Positions 32,635 to 36,818 of a DNA stretch of 36,818 bases are shown piece by piece; position 1 is the stretch's first letter; each line of letters starts with the position of its first letter. Position numbers and translations under genes: made by a program. The DNA is from Bacilli bacterium (GTDB lineage Bacteria; Bacillota_I; Bacilli_A; RF39; UBA660), in contig JAQVZB010000001.1 in assembly GCA_029004695.1 (NCBI GenBank), positions 1-36,818 on the forward strand. Direction: 5' to 3'. The notes beneath the pieces were generated by a model. The model had not been told where the DNA came from. It ran no database searches and saw only the letters and a list, made by a program, of their open reading frames with translations.

Positions 32635-34074
32635 AACAACTGTTACTTCAATCATAATTTGTTCAGCATAATTACCGGCCCAATCACTAACATTATATGT
32701 TACATAATATACTCCCGGAACATTTGTATCAACTGGATTAATAATTTGAATCTTTCTAGTTATATCTTCAGTAATATCATTACCATCTAAATCTTCCGAA
32801 ATCTTGTCAGTTGCAGTTGCAGTAGGAACAATAAATGTTTCTCCTTGATTTATCGTTATTTCTCTTATATCAGGATCAATCGAAATTATTGGTTTCCATA
32901 CATCTATTTCAACTTCTCCAGCCTCATAATAAATTTCCGAAGCCGAAAATCTTTCTTTTGTAAATCCAAACTGAACTTCGATTTTTTTTCCAATCGAAGC
33001 ATATTCATAATTATCAATATCTTGTCCTTCAATATAAACATAAACTCTTATTTTAGTAATACTATTAGGAGCTAAAGTAAAAATTTCTAATCTATTAGTT
33101 CCAGTTTCATCTCTCATTGTATCAGTAAAATATGACATACTAGTTAATTTATTACTATATATATATCCATTATATGAAGACCCATCATATATATCGACAT
33201 TATCAGCTGATCCAATTGAACTATTTACTACATATGTTGGATATGCAGTACCATCTTGAATTAGATTACAAGAACCTGAATATGATTTAGGATTCCTTAC
33301 ATCTGAACCGATTCTTTTTTTACAGACTGTATTATACCAACTTATAGCATTTGCGTGATGATATTTATCATTAGGTTCCCAAATAGCAGCATTTCGGCAA
33401 ATACCAGTAACTTCATTTGTATCAGAACAAGTAATCGATGTTATAGTACTAGGATTAGTTGTTTTAGCAATAACTCTACCTATATGAGCAAAAGCAACTC
33501 TTACCGAATTTTCAATTCCTGTATTAGGTACCCCACTTGCAGCAACTCCAGCTTCAGAATCTATTGTTAAATAGATAGCTTCTTCATCAAGGATATTTAA
33601 ATTTTTAAAATATTGCTTCCCCGAAAAGTTTTTAATAAATACATCAAAAGCTACATAACCTTCTTGTTCTTTTACTCCAGAGTTATTTACTCTACTAGCT
33701 AGTAATCTAAAGCCTCCCGGAGTTGCTGTTAAACTAGCTTTTTCATAAAATATTAATCTTGAAGATACCTGACTAACTTCACCCATACTAGACATCGGTA
33801 TTAAACCTTTCCCTCCCCAAGAATTTGTATTTCCAGGGTAAGTTTTATCATGATTAGCCTCTGATATTATAACTTCATCTGACCATGTCTTTCCATCTAA
33901 TGATATTAATAAGCTATCAGTGGTAGCTATTTCAATATCAAAACTAGAAATATTTACAGTACGCATTCCAATATACCAGGCATATGTCGCAACCGAAATT
34001 AGCAATGTTGTTATACCAAAAATAAATACAATATGTCTAATTTTAGAGTGATTTGTTTTATCTAATTTAATCAT
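32632..34074 (-). CDS. large TasA-like paralogue (480 aa) with a C-terminal DUF5011-type Ig-like domain
   Basis: The signal ends in ISVATYAWYIGMRTVNI. It has the same blocks (LIPMSSMG, GYVAFDVFIKNFSG, GIENSVRVAFAHIGRV, IWEPND, ITKIRVYVYIEGQDIDNYEY, FGFTKERF). The C-terminus reads TATATDKISEDLDGNDIT...PGVYYVTYNVSDWAGN. AAGAGGT RBS. Confidence 0.65.
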   Translation of the reverse strand: MIKLDKTNHSKIRHIVFIFGITTLLISVATYAWYIGMRTVNISSFDIEIATTDSLLISLDGKTWSDEVIISEANHDKTYPGNTNSWGGKGLIPMSSMGEVSQVSSRLIFYEKASLTATPGGFRLLASRVNNSGVKEQEGYVAFDVFIKNFSGKQYFKNLNILDEEAIYLTIDSEAGVAASGVPNTGIENSVRVAFAHIGRVIAKTTNPSTITSITCSDTNEVTGICRNAAIWEPNDKYHHANAISWYNTVCKKRIGSDVRNPKSYSGSCNLIQDGTAYPTYVVNSSIGSADNVDIYDGSSYNGYIYSNKLTSMSYFTDTMRDETGTNRLEIFTLAPNSITKIRVYVYIEGQDIDNYEYASIGKKIEVQFGFTKERFSASEIYYEAGEVEIDVWKPIISIDPDIREITINQGETFIVPTATATDKISEDLDGNDITEDITRKIQIINPVDTNVPGVYYVTYNVSDWAGNYAEQIMIEVTVV

Positions 34075-34097
34075 TACAACCTCTTTATCTTATTTAC

Positions 34098-34126
34098 ATG
34101 TTATCATAATCGAAATTGGCGGTCAA
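34098..34126 (-). promoter_or_regulatory. promoter of the 480-aa paralogue gene in the 59-nt gap after DUF2207
   Basis: On the minus strand: TTGACC (34121-34126), a 17-nt spacer ending in TGa, then TAACAT (34098-34103). It shares the GATTATGATAA context with the 32.5-kb promoter. Confidence 0.45.
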
Positions 34127-34133
34127 TAAGTCT

Positions 34134-35798
34134 TTAGCGAAAACCTCCGCCTCCTCCGCCACCACCGAACGAACCACCACCGCCGCCACCAGATGAGAAT
34201 CCGCCACCACCAGATGAATAACTATGAGCTTTATTATAAGCAGTAGAAGCACTATGTAATGCATCATAAGAAAAAGTATTAATAAAAATAATATCTGAAT
34301 AATCCATCTCTTTTATAAGCTCTGGATAAAGTTTTTTAAATTCGGAAGCAATTTTTTTTGCTATTCCAAATATTTGCGCGTATTGTAAATAATATTCCCA
34401 TAAATGGACTTCTAAAACTGATTTATCTTCCATAGAAGCAAAATCTTCCAAAAATTTCTTAAGCCCAGCTAATTTTTTTGCTTCTTCATATATTTCATTT
34501 GTTTCCAAATAAGTAGTAAATAATTTTTTTTCTTTAATTAATAAATTATTCTTTAAACAAAATTCTTTTTGTTCTTCTCTTACCAAATTAAACCAATCTA
34601 AAATATTATCATAATTTTTTTGACAATACTTTTCGAATTCTTTTGATTCTAATACGCCATCTTCACTTGCCGAATACATATAATTATAAATTCTAGATTC
34701 TAAATCATGATTTGTTAAAGCGTGTTCGTTTAATTTAATGTAAGTTTCTTCTCGGGTCTTAAATATGGTTTTTTCTTCTCTTTTTTCAATCGATATATAT
34801 CCTTTTTTAATCCAACTTAGTAATACTGAGCCAAAAAAATCGGCTTCTTTTTTATTTAATTTATAACTATCAGCCATAAAAAAGGCATAATAAATATTTT
34901 TGTTGCATGGAATATCACGATAATAACTTAAATCTTTCGTAAACTTTCCTTTTGATATCCTTTTTTTAAAATTTTTCCTTGTATTATTACGAATTGAATT
35001 AAAAACTTTGAATATAACAATGAAAACTATTACTATAATAATATAACTTCCTAATACTTCTAAGAAACTAAATTCATCTTTTTCATATTTAGTTGAACCT
35101 TTTTCAGCCATATCAAAATAATAACTAAAATCATTATCAACTTTATTATTTGTATTAAACATCCCTTGAGGTAACTTTATTAAAATAGTCATATATTCAT
35201 TAGATGATAAGTTACCATCACTATTCATTTCAATATTGCCATTATAAACATAAGTTGTCCCACCATAATTACCATAACCCCATACAGCAATATCATCACT
35301 AAATTTAATATTTGATCTTATAACAATGTTAACTTCATTAGGAGCTAATGATAAATCATAAGGTATAAGCGTCCAATAAATTATTTGACTATCAGTTAAA
35401 TCAACTACCAAATTAGTTATTTGATATTTTAAAGTATAGATTCTATTACCATATTCACTTATTCCCCAACATAATTCAATACCATCTTCTATATAATTAA
35501 ATCCATTTTTATAAGACTTATCAGAAAAAGAGCCCTTAACATACCAATTTGGAATAAACTTATATAAATTATTTTTTTCATCATTTACAGTAAAATTTTT
35601 TATTTCAGAATTTCCTAAATTATAATAAGGTTTATATCCTTCAGTACCGTTATTTATATTAACATCCCATATTTCTGTGACATTAGCGTTTCCTTCTTGA
35701 TCAAGATAAATATCCATCTTAATATTATTTATTGAATCAGCTTCGACATTAATAACAAAGCTAAAAATTAAAAACATAATTAAAAATATTTTTTTCAT
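34134..35798 (-). CDS. DUF2207 family membrane protein
   Basis: Signal peptide, then an N-terminal beta domain (IKMDIYLDQEGNANVTEIWDVN), central TM segments and the characteristic Gly-rich C-terminus SSGGGGFSSGGGGGGSFGGGGGGGGFR. It sits in the usual lemA neighbourhood. GGAGGA RBS. Confidence 0.85.
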   Translation of the reverse strand: MKKIFLIMFLIFSFVINVEADSINNIKMDIYLDQEGNANVTEIWDVNINNGTEGYKPYYNLGNSEIKNFTVNDEKNNLYKFIPNWYVKGSFSDKSYKNGFNYIEDGIELCWGISEYGNRIYTLKYQITNLVVDLTDSQIIYWTLIPYDLSLAPNEVNIVIRSNIKFSDDIAVWGYGNYGGTTYVYNGNIEMNSDGNLSSNEYMTILIKLPQGMFNTNNKVDNDFSYYFDMAEKGSTKYEKDEFSFLEVLGSYIIIVIVFIVIFKVFNSIRNNTRKNFKKRISKGKFTKDLSYYRDIPCNKNIYYAFFMADSYKLNKKEADFFGSVLLSWIKKGYISIEKREEKTIFKTREETYIKLNEHALTNHDLESRIYNYMYSASEDGVLESKEFEKYCQKNYDNILDWFNLVREEQKEFCLKNNLLIKEKKLFTTYLETNEIYEEAKKLAGLKKFLEDFASMEDKSVLEVHLWEYYLQYAQIFGIAKKIASEFKKLYPELIKEMDYSDIIFINTFSYDALHSASTAYNKAHSYSSGGGGFSSGGGGGGSFGGGGGGGGFR

Positions 35799-35834
35799 AA
35801 ATGTCCTCCATATTATATTTATATTAACATATTC

Positions 35835-35860
35835 AATAAAAAAAAGAATCAGATTCTTTT
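35835..35860 (-). terminator. intrinsic terminator after the 249-aa gene
   Basis: AAAAGAAT (35842-35849), loop CAG and ATTCTTTT (35853-35860). On the minus strand it is followed by a run of T. Confidence 0.5.
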
Positions 35861-35869
35861 AAAATTAAT

Positions 35870-36619
35870 TTAATAATTTTTTCGGTTTTTTGAAGTTTGT
35901 TGTACTTGTTGTGTTTGTTGTACTTGTTTAGTTGTTTGCACTTTTTGTCCTTGTTTTAAACTTGCTTTTTTTAATGTTAATTCAGATTTTCTTTCTTCAC
36001 TGGTTTGATTTTTTATTTCTTCAGCTGATTCTCTACGTTGAATTGATGCATTTTTAATATACTTTTGAATATCTTTTACAGATCGATTTATTAAATCTTC
36101 TAATTTTAAATCTTGATTTAATTCTAATGCTTTAGATATTATTAGCATTTTACCATCACTTATATTATAAGAAGCAGCTGATGCTTTCATATCTTCAGTA
36201 ACACCTTTTACAGTAAGTACCGCATTATATGATTTAGCTTGAATATGAGCTTCTATTTTTGCTTTAAGCTTGTTTTCTAGTTTTAATCTTTGTTCTTCGT
36301 TTTGATTAATTACGTTAAGTTCAATTTCATTATTTAATTTTCCAATTTCAATTGTTTCATCGATTATAGTTTCAGTTACTTCCTCTAATGGTTTTCCAAC
36401 TAAATTTAAATCTGAAATTACAATATCAGCATCTTCATTAAGTGGATTAACTTCACGTACTATTTCTTTATAATCAACTGCAAGTTCTACTTCAGGATTG
36501 ATTTTTAATATAATATAGCTATATTCCTTACTATTAGTTTTGTTTAAAAACAAAAAACCTACTACTCCTCCTAAAATTAAAGCTAAAATCGCTAATGAAA
36601 TAATAATTACCTTTTTCAT
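35870..36619 (-). CDS. N-terminally anchored membrane protein with a Q-rich tail, function unknown
   Basis: A single N-terminal TM. The extracytoplasmic segment (YIILKINPEVELAVDYKEIVREVNPLNEDADIV) resembles the INPS(I/V)EL..N repeat region seen after the TM of some RsgI-type anti-sigma factors, a weak match from memory. The C-terminus reads QVQTTKQVQQTQQVQQT. AGGAGGA RBS. Confidence 0.45.
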   Translation of the reverse strand: MKKVIIISLAILALILGGVVGFLFLNKTNSKEYSYIILKINPEVELAVDYKEIVREVNPLNEDADIVISDLNLVGKPLEEVTETIIDETIEIGKLNNEIELNVINQNEEQRLKLENKLKAKIEAHIQAKSYNAVLTVKGVTEDMKASAASYNISDGKMLIISKALELNQDLKLEDLINRSVKDIQKYIKNASIQRRESAEEIKNQTSEERKSELTLKKASLKQGQKVQTTKQVQQTQQVQQTSKNRKNY

Positions 36620-36684
36620 AAATCCTCCTATATTTTATATATCATTTTTTTTAATAAAATACAATGTTATTAAATGAACTTGAA

Positions 36685-36714
36685 GATTTAAAAAAGTAGA
36701 TATTATCTACTTTT
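36685..36714 (-). terminator. intrinsic terminator after lemA
   Basis: AAAAGTAGA (36692-36700), loop TATTA and TCTACTTTT (36706-36714), followed on the minus strand by a T-run. Confidence 0.55.
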
Positions 36715-36721
36715 AATTCAC

Positions 36722-36818
36722 TTAAAATTTTAAGGTTACATTTTCTTTTTCAGCTTCTAGAGCTTCAAAAAATTCTCTCGCTTCAAATTTAAATAAATTT
36801 GCAACTATATTAACAGGA
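36722..36818 (-). CDS. lemA: LemA family protein, C-terminal 31 codons only (5' end outside the window)
   Basis: The minus-strand frame reads PVNIVANLFKFEAREFFEALEAEKENVTLKF-stop. This matches the LemA C-terminus pattern FP.N.vA..fgF..r.fFea.e......V.F. LemA genes usually accompany DUF2207. Confidence 0.7.
   Translation of the reverse strand, partial: PVNIVANLFKFEAREFFEALEAEKENVTLKF

Noticed and set aside
32845-33570. Plus-strand ORFs 32845-33075 and 33355-33570
   Set aside because: They are antisense to the 480-aa paralogue, whose frame is confirmed by strong similarity to two neighbouring paralogues.
11319-34074. Sortase-dependent pilus, type IV pilus/Tad, or prophage tail-fibre region as the explanation of the cluster
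   Set aside because: There are no LPXTG or sortase genes, and no G/FxxxE prepilin motif. Prepilin peptidase, secretion ATPase of the PilB/TadA type, and platform proteins are all absent. I also see no capsid, terminase, portal, integrase or lysis genes. The signals instead match the SipW-cognate type, and SipW-like genes are present.
34137-34215. GC-rich repetitive tract (CCGCC/CCACC repeats)
   Set aside because: It is not a CRISPR or a regulatory repeat. It encodes the poly-Gly C-terminal tail typical of DUF2207 proteins on the minus strand.
35880-35945. Short tandem repeat TTGTTGTACTTGTT
   Set aside because: It is the coding repeat for the QVQQTQQVQQT tail of the 249-aa protein. I see no evidence of a separate element.
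1-36818. CRISPR arrays, rRNA, additional tRNAs, riboswitches, alternative genetic code (TGA=Trp)
   Set aside because: - I noticed no spaced direct repeats, no rRNA-like GC-rich blocks, and no further cloverleaf-like GC islands.
- The leaders are too AT-rich and lack the known riboswitch cores I can recognise.
- Long uninterrupted ORFs with TGG-encoded Trp (for example PWPWE in CotJB) show the standard code.
- This was a visual scan, not a computation.

Overview
AT-rich window, read in the standard bacterial code, from a spore-forming low-GC Firmicute. Almost every gene is on the minus strand. Positions 1-11.2 kb are ordinary housekeeping and sporulation genes: a partial tRNA-Leu, an S1-domain GSP13/YugI-like protein, NifU-like YutI, YutH-like coat protein, YutD, YunB, a ferredoxin, TrmL, a cotJ operon with a fused CotJA-CotJB, a UPF0316 membrane protein and a P-type Ca2+-ATPase. 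A small IS3-derived inverted-repeat remnant sits between fer and trmL. Positions 11.3-34.1 kb are the unusual part. This roughly 23-kb cluster encodes ten secreted or membrane proteins. Nine have an N-terminal hydrophobic segment ending in a (S/A)T(Y/L)(A/S)x(F/Y) motif like the SipW-cognate signal peptides of TasA/CalY. All ten carry TasA/camelysin-like core motifs. Three of them are large, closely related tandem paralogues. The cluster also encodes three SipW-type (S26B) signal-peptidase homologues: one canonical in size, one fused to a ~540-aa cytoplasmic domain, and one lacking the nucleophile. It further includes a 1217-aa GLUG-repeat surface protein. Embedded between two peptidase genes is a membrane-anchored McrB-type AAA+ GTPase followed by a McrC-N-terminal-like protein in which I find no nuclease motif. 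No sortase, LPXTG, prepilin peptidase, phage or integrase genes are visible. I interpret this as a candidate undescribed SipW-dependent TasA-like fibre or surface-appendage system with an NTPase module. All family assignments come from motif recognition by eye and need HMM or structure confirmation. The right edge carries lemA (partial), a 249-aa membrane protein and a DUF2207 gene.
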